A stretch of 55,092 nt of DNA from a virus. Its lineage: Duplodnaviria > Caudoviricetes. The translations under genes and the position numbers were made by a program. The stretch lies in the IMG/VR virus record IMGVR_UViG_3300044624_000829, positions 1 through 55,092 of that record; one strand, 5' to 3'. The notes beneath the pieces are model-generated. The model had not been told where the DNA came from. It ran no database searches and saw nothing but the letters and a program-made list of their open reading frames with translations. Shown here piece after piece: positions 26,347-36,493 of the stretch; positions within the stretch are counted from its first letter, which is position 1; each line of letters opens with the position of its first letter.

Positions 26347-29300
26347 TTAAAGCATTTCAATTGTAAGACCTAATTGTTGTAGGTAAGGCATAAGTTCATC
26401 AAGATCGTCTTGAGTTAAATCATATTCTTGATCTATTTCAATTCCATTTTCAGCAAACTTTAATATACCACCTTTACGCGAAAATAAATTTACACCTCCT
26501 GGATTAATGTCCTCAAAGATATTATTTGCAGCACCTTCTGTATTTGCACTTTGATCTGAACCTGTGCCCGGTAATACTTTAGCTCCTGTTCTATCAGGAA
26601 TAAAGTCACCAAACTGAGTATAAAGACCTTCGTTTCCACTTCTAGGAGTTATAGGGTTAAACATACCCGCGCGTGCATCAGCAGCTTCATATTTTGATGT
26701 TGCTGAATTTAACAAACGTTTCTTTTCATTAAGATAACTACCAGTACCATAAATTGAATTTGCAATATTATCCCAATCTAAACCGCTTTTTTGTTGTACC
26801 ATTTCGGCACCTTCTTCATAACCTTGACCTTCAGAATAAGTTTCGCCAACATTATTTTGATTTGTTTTTTGTGCAAATATATTTAACGGGTTAGAAAACA
26901 TTTTAGGCATTGCCAATCCGTTCTTAGCTATAAGTGTTGGAGCGTTTTTATATTTTTTATTTTTAAAATCCCAAACAAGTTTTTCATCTAGTTCTCCACC
27001 TTGAGCATAAAATCCTCTTTCTGGATCGTAACCTTCAGAACCTGTTGGATTAAACTTTTCATATCTCTTTGTTTTGTTATTGTAATACCAACGCATACCG
27101 GATGGATCTTCCGTATCAAAGCTTAATTCAGGACGATTTGGTATCTTATAAGCTTCTTTATTGTTTTTGTATACAGGATCAAAATTATAAATTTGATCTT
27201 GTGCTTCAGCTCCAAAGTCCTTTTGTTGTTCCTCAGAAAATTCAGGTGTTAACTGCCATTGGTCCCAAAACTCTTGTTCAGAATAATCTTTTTCTTGCCC
27301 CGTGGAATTACCCCGATTAAAATAATTAGGATCATTTAATTCTGGACTACCGTAAGCTGTAGTTTTTCCTGTAATATTATTTTTAATATTATAAGCTTCG
27401 TAAAGATTATCTTTAATAGGAGTTACTGTATTTTTTACAATACTAGGATCTTGATTAAATTGATCTATGGTTAATCCATTTTCATTTAGATAATTTTCAA
27501 TTTCGTTTTGTCTTTGAATAACTGCATTACGAACATTTTCATCAGCATCATATTCATCAGGACTAATTCCTAATTGTTCTAATACATTAAAACGAAAGTT
27601 ATCTTCAGGATCACCTTTATCAGCTAACCTTAATCTTTCTTCTTCAGCATATACTTTATCTCGCACTTTAGGGTTTTTGTCAAATTGTTCTTGAGTATAT
27701 CCTAAAGTAGTTAATGCTTGATCAGTAAACCTATTTGCATATTTCTCATCAGCAGTAGGAGTATTTAAAGCAGCGGCTTCAGATTTTGCAGTATTAGCTT
27801 GTTCAGCATTATTTGTATTAGTTGGAGTATTTGTAGGAGTATTTGTAGGAGTATTTGTAGGTGTGTTTCCTGCGTTTCTATCTTTAAAGTATTCTAATGC
27901 GGCATCTCTTTCTTTTTTATCACTAGAAGTTAATAGTTTTTGCATTTTTTCATCTAATGCTCTTTGGTTTGCATCTTCAGCAGTATTGCCTTGTGTACCT
28001 TGAGATTTTAAAAATTCATCAACTGTCAAATTAGGATTTAAGTTTTGAGCTTTTAAATAATCGTTTGCTTGAGCTTCAGTAACAAATCTTTTAGATTCAC
28101 CTTGACCAATACCAAATGTACTATTTCCTTGTGGTTCAGTATAACCCGCATTTTGAGTTGTAGTAGCTTTAGGATCAGTTGCATTATCGGTAGTTACCGT
28201 TTCAGTCTTACCTGTATTAGGATTCCAAAGAATACGTGTACCAATTACTTTTTTCTTTTCTCTACCAAAAATTCCTTTTTTATGAATATCCTCAAATGCA
28301 ATTTGTCCTTTATAATTAGGATCATTTAATACTTCTCGCAGTCTTTTCATAACATCAGCTTCTGAAGAACCTGCTAATGAGCCAACACCTTGTATAAACG
28401 GATTAACGTTTCTTCTACCTAATTGCTGTGCCATATCTGTAACCGAACCTATAAACCTATTAGTAGGTCTATAGCTTTGTCCTGATATAGAACGTCCATA
28501 ATCTGAATACTGACCGGGATAATAATACTGAGCATTATTTGTGTTAGCTCCCGTATTTACCCATTGTGTTCCATTCCATACCATATTGGTATATGATCCA
28601 GGTTGCGATTGCTTACCTGTACGAATAGCAAATGAATCATAAGATTCGCCTTGATTAGGAATATTACTATTTGTATTAGTTTCTGTTTTAGTTTTAGTTT
28701 CAGTTTTCTTTGCGGGTTCTGCTGTTTCAAATAAATCTGAATTTTTCATTTGATCTTGAACAGCTTTACGATATTCTTCTTCTGTAATTACCTTATCATC
28801 CCAAGCTTTATTTAATTCGTCAATGTGTTTATATGTAACGCCTTTGATTTCAATTCCTGTTACAGCCCTAGGGAGCATTGCAACACTCTCAGGTAATTCA
28901 TCAAATAACTCTAGATTCTTTTCGGTTCTTTTCTTAATTAAACCTATTTTATTATTTGTACTTACCCAATTAGAAATAGCACCTTTTAAATTCTGAATAT
29001 AAGCTTCGGTGTTAGATGTGTCTAACTCTCCCATAGAAGAACCACCTTTGCGGTATTGCTTAATCATTTGTTGACCTATTTCCTGAAAATCTATAGGTGT
29101 AGGCCCACCATAACGCATAGCTGGAGTTGAAGTTTGACCATCTATTATTGGAGGTGCTATTTGAGATTCTCCGGGAACTACTTGCTGAACTCCTTGCCCC
29201 ATACCTTGAGGTTGAGTTTGTTTCTGTTGAATTTCAACTATAGCTTGTTCTAATTGATCAGATATAGTTTGAGCATCAGTACCTTGTTGAATCATAGTTG

Positions 29301-29805
29301 TAACCATGTCTTCAACATCTTGTTCGTTTTGCCCTGTTAACTGTGCAAATTCAATAATGTTATCGTTTAGTGCTGTTTCACCACCTAAAGCCATCATTGG
29401 TTGTCCTTCTGCAGGCGGTTGTTGTTGACCACCACCTTGTTGCATCTGAGCCATAGTGTCTTGGATCATTTGCGAAGCTGTTTGTTCATCTTGCGCCATA
29501 CCTGTCTGCATAACTACTTGCATAACCATTTCTGGAGCTAAACCACTTTGCAGTAACCCTCCAATAATAGTCATAGGATCAGCACCTTGTTCTAACATAG
29601 ATGCAACTTCTTGAAGTAACGCTTGCATTTGTTGATCCATACCTTGTGGAGGCGGACCTTGTTGTTGCATTTGTGCTTCTTGCGGTGGCATACCTTGTTG
29701 TTCAGGAGCCATTGCTTGTTCTTCAGGACGAGATCCCGGTGCTGGTACAGGCATACCTTCTTGTGCTTTAGGTAACCTTGTAAGTACAGTTCTTTTCTTT
29801 TTCAT
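26347..29805 (-). CDS. Putative internal virion (cargo) protein, low complexity, 1152 aa
   Basis: ORF track; Gln/Met/Pro-rich N-terminus, many xxxGG motifs; first large gene after the muzzle gene. Confidence 0.62.
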   Translation of the reverse strand: MKKKRTVLTRLPKAQEGMPVPAPGSRPEEQAMAPEQQGMPPQEAQMQQQGPPPQGMDQQMQALLQEVASMLEQGADPMTIIGGLLQSGLAPEMVMQVVMQTGMAQDEQTASQMIQDTMAQMQQGGGQQQPPAEGQPMMALGGETALNDNIIEFAQLTGQNEQDVEDMVTTMIQQGTDAQTISDQLEQAIVEIQQKQTQPQGMGQGVQQVVPGESQIAPPIIDGQTSTPAMRYGGPTPIDFQEIGQQMIKQYRKGGSSMGELDTSNTEAYIQNLKGAISNWVSTNNKIGLIKKRTEKNLELFDELPESVAMLPRAVTGIEIKGVTYKHIDELNKAWDDKVITEEEYRKAVQDQMKNSDLFETAEPAKKTETKTKTETNTNSNIPNQGESYDSFAIRTGKQSQPGSYTNMVWNGTQWVNTGANTNNAQYYYPGQYSDYGRSISGQSYRPTNRFIGSVTDMAQQLGRRNVNPFIQGVGSLAGSSEADVMKRLREVLNDPNYKGQIAFEDIHKKGIFGREKKKVIGTRILWNPNTGKTETVTTDNATDPKATTTQNAGYTEPQGNSTFGIGQGESKRFVTEAQANDYLKAQNLNPNLTVDEFLKSQGTQGNTAEDANQRALDEKMQKLLTSSDKKERDAALEYFKDRNAGNTPTNTPTNTPTNTPTNTNNAEQANTAKSEAAALNTPTADEKYANRFTDQALTTLGYTQEQFDKNPKVRDKVYAEEERLRLADKGDPEDNFRFNVLEQLGISPDEYDADENVRNAVIQRQNEIENYLNENGLTIDQFNQDPSIVKNTVTPIKDNLYEAYNIKNNITGKTTAYGSPELNDPNYFNRGNSTGQEKDYSEQEFWDQWQLTPEFSEEQQKDFGAEAQDQIYNFDPVYKNNKEAYKIPNRPELSFDTEDPSGMRWYYNNKTKRYEKFNPTGSEGYDPERGFYAQGGELDEKLVWDFKNKKYKNAPTLIAKNGLAMPKMFSNPLNIFAQKTNQNNVGETYSEGQGYEEGAEMVQQKSGLDWDNIANSIYGTGSYLNEKKRLLNSATSKYEAADARAGMFNPITPRSGNEGLYTQFGDFIPDRTGAKVLPGTGSDQSANTEGAANNIFEDINPGGVNLFSRKGGILKFAENGIEIDQEYDLTQDDLDELMPYLQQLGLTIEML
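27817..27867. repeat. 12-bp coding tandem repeat (about 4 copies) encoding (NTPT)n
   Basis: gtatttgtagga units on the + strand; protein NTPTNTPTNTPTNTPTN. Confidence 0.9.
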
Positions 29806-29860
29806 ATTACTATATGTTATAACAATATACTTATAATTTTTCTTGTAGAATAACTATTTT

Positions 29861-29998
29861 TTATTTGGCCTTATTCTTATTTTTCATTTTAACCGGCGGT
29901 TTTTTATTAGCTTTAGCATTTATATCTTTAAAGATATCTTTATTACCGGTCTTAACTTTAGCTGGCGTAGTGTAATACGCATCTCTATTTAAACTCAT
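29861..29998 (-). CDS. Small Lys-rich protein, 45 aa (not in ORF track)
   Basis: ATGA overlap with the muzzle gene stop; MSLNRDAYYTTPAKVKTGNKDIFKDINAKANKKPPVKMKNKNKAK*; fills an otherwise empty gap. Confidence 0.65.
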   Translation of the reverse strand: MSLNRDAYYTTPAKVKTGNKDIFKDINAKANKKPPVKMKNKNKAK

Positions 29999-32900
29999 CG
30001 TTCTGAAGGTTGAAGTTTAGTATTATTTAAGAACATTAACATTTTATTATTGCCTGAAACAACACGTCTTAAAATTACTCTATTATTATTATGTCTTAAT
30101 TTTTTACGTTGAAATTCCGCTTTAGAATAATTAAGATTGACAGGGTTAAGGTTTTTGATATAACCGTTAGGTTCAGTAATCCATATTGAATTCTGCGCTA
30201 ATGTAAATTCTCCACGATCTTTTGTAATATCCCAAAACTGATTAAATCTATACTTGTGTTCTTCTTTAGAATACACTATATCAATTTGGTTTAATCCAAC
30301 AATAGGATATTGCATTAAAGCTAATACGTTATTTTTAGGAGCATTGTTTAATTTTAATAATCCGCTTACTTGTTCTGAATTATATAAAATAGCTTCATCA
30401 AAATTAAAATCTAAGACATGGTATCTATCTCTACAGTTATCACTAAATCTAAATACTTGTAAATAGTATTCTACATTTCGTATAGTAGTAATAGAAGGAG
30501 TATTATCTATTTGAAATTCTAATTCAAAAGGATAATCTACATTGTAATAATTACAATACAAATCACAACGCACGTTATGTTTCCATATTGTTTGATTCTT
30601 AGTTGTCAAAAATGTATTTGTAGCACCTATAGTTAAATCAGGATGCCAGTCATGCCATGAAATAAAGTTTTGAGATTTAGGATCAAAACTCATTGTCCAT
30701 GAGGCATTATCAAAATAACGAGAATCTCCAGTTTTAACTTGTGCTATACCATCAACTAAAAAATTACCATTACCTATATACTCTATTCGTGATAACCATT
30801 CAGGTTTAACTTTAAAATCTTTTTTACAGAAATAAAGAATAGCCCATTCATTATCATAAATAGATTGACAACCTATACCAACAACAGGATTATCTATTAA
30901 ATCATATGTTGGAAAATCTAAAAGTAATTGATACGGTAAATACTGATTAATCCAAAACGAATTAGCTTTTAAAGAAATTTCAGTTAATGATCCGGCTACA
31001 CCAAATATTTTTCCTTGATCTAAAGACATATAATACACGCCCGCAGGAGTATTAATTACACTACGTCTGCTTTGACATGAACCGTATTGATATTCTTTAT
31101 CTACATTAGAAAGAGCTTGCATATCTCTTAAAAACAATCCTCCATCGCCAACTGTAACAGATGTACCACTACGTAATTGCAATTCATCAACTCCCGGATA
31201 AATACCCGGAGAATCAGTTTCAAATAATAATAAAATACCTGTACGTTGAATTGCTTTAATAGCTGTAATCTTACTTGAAAAATCTTTGTAATTATTAGCT
31301 AAGAATACACTCCAATTATCTTTCTTTAATTCAGTTTGTTGCGGTAAAGAGTATAACAAACGTTTTGGAAATTCAGTATAACATGTTTCCGCTTTAGTAG
31401 GATTATAATCTCTATCTTGCATTTTTCCCCAACGTAATTTAGTTGCAGGATGTTGAGCTACAGATAATGATCTATCTAACGCGTAATAGTTTCCAGCGCG
31501 TATAATTTCAGTATCAAACATTTGTGGTAAATCTTGTAATACCGCCCAATGTCTTTGCGCTAATAATTCTCCGTAATCTCTATGATCAATATTTAATTCA
31601 GTTTCCACAAAGAAATCTCTAACACTTGAATGAAAAAGATACATGTATACATTCTTTAATGTAAAGAAACCTGTATTATTTAAACGATCAAAACAATGTT
31701 TATCTGAAGGTGTAACTATACTTGTAAATATATCTGTAGGGTTGCCTGATGTAAAAGCATCTGTAATTGCTTGACCAATACTATTTACAAATTCTCCAAT
31801 ATCAAATGGATCAGTATCCATCCAAAAAGCTTGATGTTGTACTGTATCATATAGATGATAATTCCATTCAGCTCTATCTGGTTGATCATATAACCATTGA
31901 TAAAAATGAAAGAATGTATTTTTCTCTTGATATCTACCTATATAAACATCACCTCCAAATATTGGGCCTGTAGTTGTTTCAGTAATATTAATAGGACAAT
32001 ATGTAGCTTGCAATTGGCGAATTCCTGTTAATTGACCATATTGATTACGCAATCTATTTTTAAAAGCTACATAATGACTAGAAGCTCTTCTATTAAATGT
32101 ATCAAATACATTATCGTTTCCTAAATCAGAAGCTTTCATATTTTTTAGCGTATCATCTTGTAATACACCTGTTAAATCTGTTACATCTGCTGATGTATCA
32201 AACGCAACTGTTTTAAAACGTACAATATTATTAATTCTATGAGTTATTCCATAATTTTGTAATTGACTATCTAAATAAACAGCTTCATTAATAAGTCGTC
32301 TTCTATTGTCATTGTAAGGAATTCCAAAATATTCATAACCACAATGCGCTACATATTGTAAGGCGAACTGTTTTACCTTACTAAAGTTTTGAATTAACTC
32401 AAGTGTTAAATTAGTACCTTCACCTAAATTTGTAGTAAACATTGGAACTGCTTGAAGAACTCGCAATACAGAAGGAGTTTGATTTTTATCTTCATAATAT
32501 ACTTCTGCACCATCCCATGTTACACCAGTTCCCGGAATAACATTTAAACCTGCACCTATATCTGCTGCAGTATTTAAAGTTGATTCAACTGTATCTACAC
32601 CTATTGCTGCACTAAGTAATCCGTTAACATTTTTATTTAAAGTTTCTGCTGCAGTAATAGATGTATCTCCGCCTTGCCATATTGCATATCCTGCAGCATT
32701 TAATCCAGGTACTGTAGTTGAACTACCAGCTACTAAGTCATAAGAATAATATGAAGGTCTTTTCATTTTAGTATTACGTTTACCCACTTGTTTAGCTATT
32801 GCTAAACCAATACCAAATAAAACACCTAGTATAAATGAAGCATCTGTTACAAATACATGTTTAGGATGTTTACGGGGATAACGATAATTACATTCAGCTA

Positions 32901-34872
32901 AACCGTATAATGCACCATAAATCTTTAATTCCTTTTGACTTAAAAAAGGTTTATTAAACATTGTATCGGGAGAATGAAATGTAAAATGTTTTTTGCTATA
33001 ATTTGGGTTAGGATTATAATCTTTTAATCCGCCTATAGTTTCATAAGATGTTTCAGTAGTTGAAGTAAAAGGATCTGGAAATAAACTATTAAAAGGATAA
33101 TTAGGATAAAGTCCTTGACGATTAACAGCAACATTATCAGGAATAGCATATTCCCTCATGTTATTAATCATTCCTTTGTACAATACTGTTTTATTGCCAA
33201 AACGAGATCCTCTTAATATTTCATATCCAGTAATGTTTGAAATTAAATTTCCATCGTTATCAGTAGGAGGAAGAATGTTTTCAAATGCTACAGCCATTAT
33301 GCGAATCTTTTTTTGATTATCCACATAATGATTAGAAATAGAACTTACACCTCCACCTGAATATAATGTATTTTCTGGAAATTTATGATGCCTAATTCGT
33401 TTACCGCAAAGATCTAACTCTGGTCTACCTAGAATATTTGAATTCCATATATCAGGATTTTTATCATCGTAAAATTCATCAGACTGCCAATAACCCATCA
33501 GACCTTCTGCTGTTACAACACCTCCATCCGGCAAAGGTATATTTACATTATATCCTAATGCTGTATTATACATTTCAAAAACATACGGAGTACCTCCTTG
33601 TAAGTTTTCAATATTGTTAGAATTAACTGGTAAGAATAAATCATCTTCATTTAATGTACCGTAACCATCAGGCGTAAGATATGGTAAAGGTCCTCTTCCC
33701 GGTATATGATAACTATTTGACTTATCTCCTGTATTATATACAAAACGAATAAAGTATGAATATACTTCATCACGCATATGTCCTACATTAACACCACCAT
33801 CACGATAATAGTCTTCAGGATATTCTACAACTTGCCACTTTGTTACAATTTGATTAGCTAACGGTTGATAGTTAAAATCAAATTTTCCTATTACATCTGT
33901 ACGAAATAAATATTTACCAACATTGAATATTCCACCTGATTTATCAGCAATAGGATTAGTTATAGGTAATTTATTTACATCAACTGCCGGTAACGCAGGA
34001 TCTACATAATCAATAGTGACTTGATTTTGATTTGTACTATATGTACCTATCTTATAAGCTGTAAGTTTTTCAGCAATAAACTGAACTAAAACTAATTCGT
34101 ATTCATCAAAGTTTTCATCTAAATTATCTATAGTTATATCTAGTGAAAAATTTAAATTGTCGTGTTCAAACAAACTTAAAAAGTTAGACATAGCAAAGTA
34201 ATCAGTTACTCTTTGGCTATCTATAACATAGGCTATTTGAACATAATAAGTTCCATTAAATATAGTACCTCCTGAAGGCCCTCGTTCTACTTTAACGCAA
34301 GGTTGTTTAATAATAGACTCTAATAGTATTTTATCACAATCTAATTCATCTGTATCAACACATGTAATACAACCACCTGGATCTTCTCCATTATCGTCTG
34401 TACAAATTTGAACCCATGGTACATCTTGAATATCTAAAGTTCTATCTGGATTTAATTTATCTTGCCAATATATTCTATATGAACAATCAAATGTTGATCG
34501 AGATGCTCCCGTAATTAAATAGCTTGTATGAAAATTTAAACATGGATCGTTTACTATTTTTTCATATGTGCATTTTTCTTCATCAAAAGTTCCTATTTCA
34601 GAATTTACATTATCTGTTGAAAATAATACCCATTGTGAATTTGTTAAATGAATAACTCCAATAATGGTATACGGAGCTGCTGTACAAAATAAATTTGCCG
34701 GCTCATTACCCATTTCACCTAAATCTCCAATATGCGTATTATTAATTGCATTACGCGCATTAGTAATTGATTGTGTATCTAAATGATAATCTCGTAAATC
34801 AGTTACTAAACCTTTATCAAACGCGTTTGTTGATTGAGGTATCGTTAATTGTTTTTTTCTCTTCTTTGCCAT
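29995..34872 (-). CDS. Tail stabilization / muzzle protein (P22 gp10-like in crAss annotations), 1625 aa
   Basis: N-terminal FDKGLVTD...NARNA..., MRDEVYSYFIRF, YQYGSCQS, WTMSFDP...FISWHDW; size and position after the ring-protein genes. Confidence 0.75.
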   Translation of the reverse strand: MAKKRKKQLTIPQSTNAFDKGLVTDLRDYHLDTQSITNARNAINNTHIGDLGEMGNEPANLFCTAAPYTIIGVIHLTNSQWVLFSTDNVNSEIGTFDEEKCTYEKIVNDPCLNFHTSYLITGASRSTFDCSYRIYWQDKLNPDRTLDIQDVPWVQICTDDNGEDPGGCITCVDTDELDCDKILLESIIKQPCVKVERGPSGGTIFNGTYYVQIAYVIDSQRVTDYFAMSNFLSLFEHDNLNFSLDITIDNLDENFDEYELVLVQFIAEKLTAYKIGTYSTNQNQVTIDYVDPALPAVDVNKLPITNPIADKSGGIFNVGKYLFRTDVIGKFDFNYQPLANQIVTKWQVVEYPEDYYRDGGVNVGHMRDEVYSYFIRFVYNTGDKSNSYHIPGRGPLPYLTPDGYGTLNEDDLFLPVNSNNIENLQGGTPYVFEMYNTALGYNVNIPLPDGGVVTAEGLMGYWQSDEFYDDKNPDIWNSNILGRPELDLCGKRIRHHKFPENTLYSGGGVSSISNHYVDNQKKIRIMAVAFENILPPTDNDGNLISNITGYEILRGSRFGNKTVLYKGMINNMREYAIPDNVAVNRQGLYPNYPFNSLFPDPFTSTTETSYETIGGLKDYNPNPNYSKKHFTFHSPDTMFNKPFLSQKELKIYGALYGLAECNYRYPRKHPKHVFVTDASFILGVLFGIGLAIAKQVGKRNTKMKRPSYYSYDLVAGSSTTVPGLNAAGYAIWQGGDTSITAAETLNKNVNGLLSAAIGVDTVESTLNTAADIGAGLNVIPGTGVTWDGAEVYYEDKNQTPSVLRVLQAVPMFTTNLGEGTNLTLELIQNFSKVKQFALQYVAHCGYEYFGIPYNDNRRRLINEAVYLDSQLQNYGITHRINNIVRFKTVAFDTSADVTDLTGVLQDDTLKNMKASDLGNDNVFDTFNRRASSHYVAFKNRLRNQYGQLTGIRQLQATYCPINITETTTGPIFGGDVYIGRYQEKNTFFHFYQWLYDQPDRAEWNYHLYDTVQHQAFWMDTDPFDIGEFVNSIGQAITDAFTSGNPTDIFTSIVTPSDKHCFDRLNNTGFFTLKNVYMYLFHSSVRDFFVETELNIDHRDYGELLAQRHWAVLQDLPQMFDTEIIRAGNYYALDRSLSVAQHPATKLRWGKMQDRDYNPTKAETCYTEFPKRLLYSLPQQTELKKDNWSVFLANNYKDFSSKITAIKAIQRTGILLLFETDSPGIYPGVDELQLRSGTSVTVGDGGLFLRDMQALSNVDKEYQYGSCQSRRSVINTPAGVYYMSLDQGKIFGVAGSLTEISLKANSFWINQYLPYQLLLDFPTYDLIDNPVVGIGCQSIYDNEWAILYFCKKDFKVKPEWLSRIEYIGNGNFLVDGIAQVKTGDSRYFDNASWTMSFDPKSQNFISWHDWHPDLTIGATNTFLTTKNQTIWKHNVRCDLYCNYYNVDYPFELEFQIDNTPSITTIRNVEYYLQVFRFSDNCRDRYHVLDFNFDEAILYNSEQVSGLLKLNNAPKNNVLALMQYPIVGLNQIDIVYSKEEHKYRFNQFWDITKDRGEFTLAQNSIWITEPNGYIKNLNPVNLNYSKAEFQRKKLRHNNNRVILRRVVSGNNKMLMFLNNTKLQPSER

Positions 34873-35813
34873 CAGATAAACATTTTATAATATTTATTGA
34901 ACATAGCTGCTCTATTCATTTCCCATACTTGTTTTAATTCAGCAAAGTCTGGAGTATTTACAATAGAAAGAGAGTTAGTACGAGCCATTCTTAATTTAGC
35001 ATCAATACGTGCTACAAAATTAGGATCTACTGTTTCTTTATTTGCCATTAATGATTCTAATAATCTTTCTTTAAAAGCATATTCATAAAAGTCATTAATG
35101 TAATCATGATCTAATACAAGTAACTGACCATGTTCATCTTCAAGTAATCCTTCATAATTAAAATATATTCTACCCGTTTTAAAAGAAGTCCAAATATATC
35201 CATCTCTAAGTGAAGCTGTAATGCCTGCATGCCAACTTAAATTAGGACATAAAGGATCAAAGTCATAAGGAGTAGAAATCATTTTAATACGATAAAATTC
35301 TTTCCATTTACGGGTTTCATATTTTATCTTTTGTATTAAAGTCATTTCTTCTCCTTTACAATTTATCCATGTAGAACAATTACATTGATTACATCCACAA
35401 GGACTAGGTGCTTGACAAGGATCAGAACAATGAGGTTCAGGTGTAGGACATATAGGTGTAACTGCGCAAACATCAATTGATTTTGTACCGGGATGATATT
35501 TAGGTGCATCTAATGGCACTTCTTCTACATGAGTACCTTGCACAACAGGAGAAATTAATTCATATTCACCTAACCCTAATACATAGTTAATCACTAAGAA
35601 ATCATCCGGAAGTTTAGCTCTTCCGTTCTCAATATCTAAAACAATATTTTTTGTTTTATTAATTCTTAAACCTAATTCGTAGTTTACTCTTTTAGCAACT
35701 TTAATAAAGTGATGCGGTTTAATTAGATCTTCTAGATTATAGGCTTCAAAATCACTTTTGACTTCTGCTAAAACTTGCTCAAAAGTTTTATATTTTAAAT
35801 TATGTCTGTTCAT
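34872..35813 (-). CDS. Tail ring / tail tubular protein with a Cys/Pro-rich insertion, 313 aa
   Basis: IENGRAKLPDDF and GYIWTSFKTGRIYFNYEG...DEHG patterns resemble crAss-like ring proteins as recalled; immediately upstream of the muzzle gene. Confidence 0.65.
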   Translation of the reverse strand: MNRHNLKYKTFEQVLAEVKSDFEAYNLEDLIKPHHFIKVAKRVNYELGLRINKTKNIVLDIENGRAKLPDDFLVINYVLGLGEYELISPVVQGTHVEEVPLDAPKYHPGTKSIDVCAVTPICPTPEPHCSDPCQAPSPCGCNQCNCSTWINCKGEEMTLIQKIKYETRKWKEFYRIKMISTPYDFDPLCPNLSWHAGITASLRDGYIWTSFKTGRIYFNYEGLLEDEHGQLLVLDHDYINDFYEYAFKERLLESLMANKETVDPNFVARIDAKLRMARTNSLSIVNTPDFAELKQVWEMNRAAMFNKYYKMFI

Positions 35814-35819
35814 GATTTA

Positions 35820-36491
35820 TTATCTTAATAAGTTTTGTCCATCATCTGAACCATCATCTGGTATCTTAAGAGTTATAGTAAATTCTTGTTGCGCCATTTG
35901 TTCTACTTCTGCAAATAAATAATCAGGCATCGGTATAGTTTGTTCTTGCATAGGCATACATTCATCATCTTCTGTAGAGCAAAAACCATCTAAACTATCT
36001 TCCCATAAAGCTTCAACCATTACAGCTTCTATATCTACATCAGGAAAATATAAATATCCATTTCTAAACCAATAATACTTTGACTTATTGTATTTAAAGT
36101 TTGTAGACATTGTAATAGCAATATAAGCAGCCGGAGATATCTGAACAAACTCTAATGATCCATCAATAGAATATATCTTTCTTATTAGCGGTCCTCTATT
36201 ACCATTAAATATTTTTGGTAGTTTTTTTTCAGTTCTTTTAATAGTACAATTACTTTTAATTCCAGCACAATCAGCTTCAATCTTATCTACATCAATAAGA
36301 TCAACAAACGATAACATTTTAAATAAATCTTCATGTTTCATTAATTGATTTTGAAGTTGCTGTTTTCTTAACGTAAGTTTTGTGTATTTTGAAATAATAC
36401 TATAAACAAAACGATCAGTAAGAAATGAATCTTCCGTAGTACCTTTTAAAATACCACGCACTCTTGATATGCTTTCTCCAATTGTAATCAT
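35820..36491 (-). CDS. Putative tail ring protein, 223 aa
   Basis: ORF track; KRTEKKLP...KYYWFRNGYLY...VEALWED pattern; synteny. Confidence 0.55.
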   Translation of the reverse strand: MITIGESISRVRGILKGTTEDSFLTDRFVYSIISKYTKLTLRKQQLQNQLMKHEDLFKMLSFVDLIDVDKIEADCAGIKSNCTIKRTEKKLPKIFNGNRGPLIRKIYSIDGSLEFVQISPAAYIAITMSTNFKYNKSKYYWFRNGYLYFPDVDIEAVMVEALWEDSLDGFCSTEDDECMPMQEQTIPMPDYLFAEVEQMAQQEFTITLKIPDDGSDDGQNLLR

Positions 36492-36493
36492 AA

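Noticed and set aside
27817-27867. 12-bp tandem repeat as a phase-variation or regulatory element
   Set aside because: Unit length is a multiple of three within a low-complexity linker, so copy changes would not shift frame.
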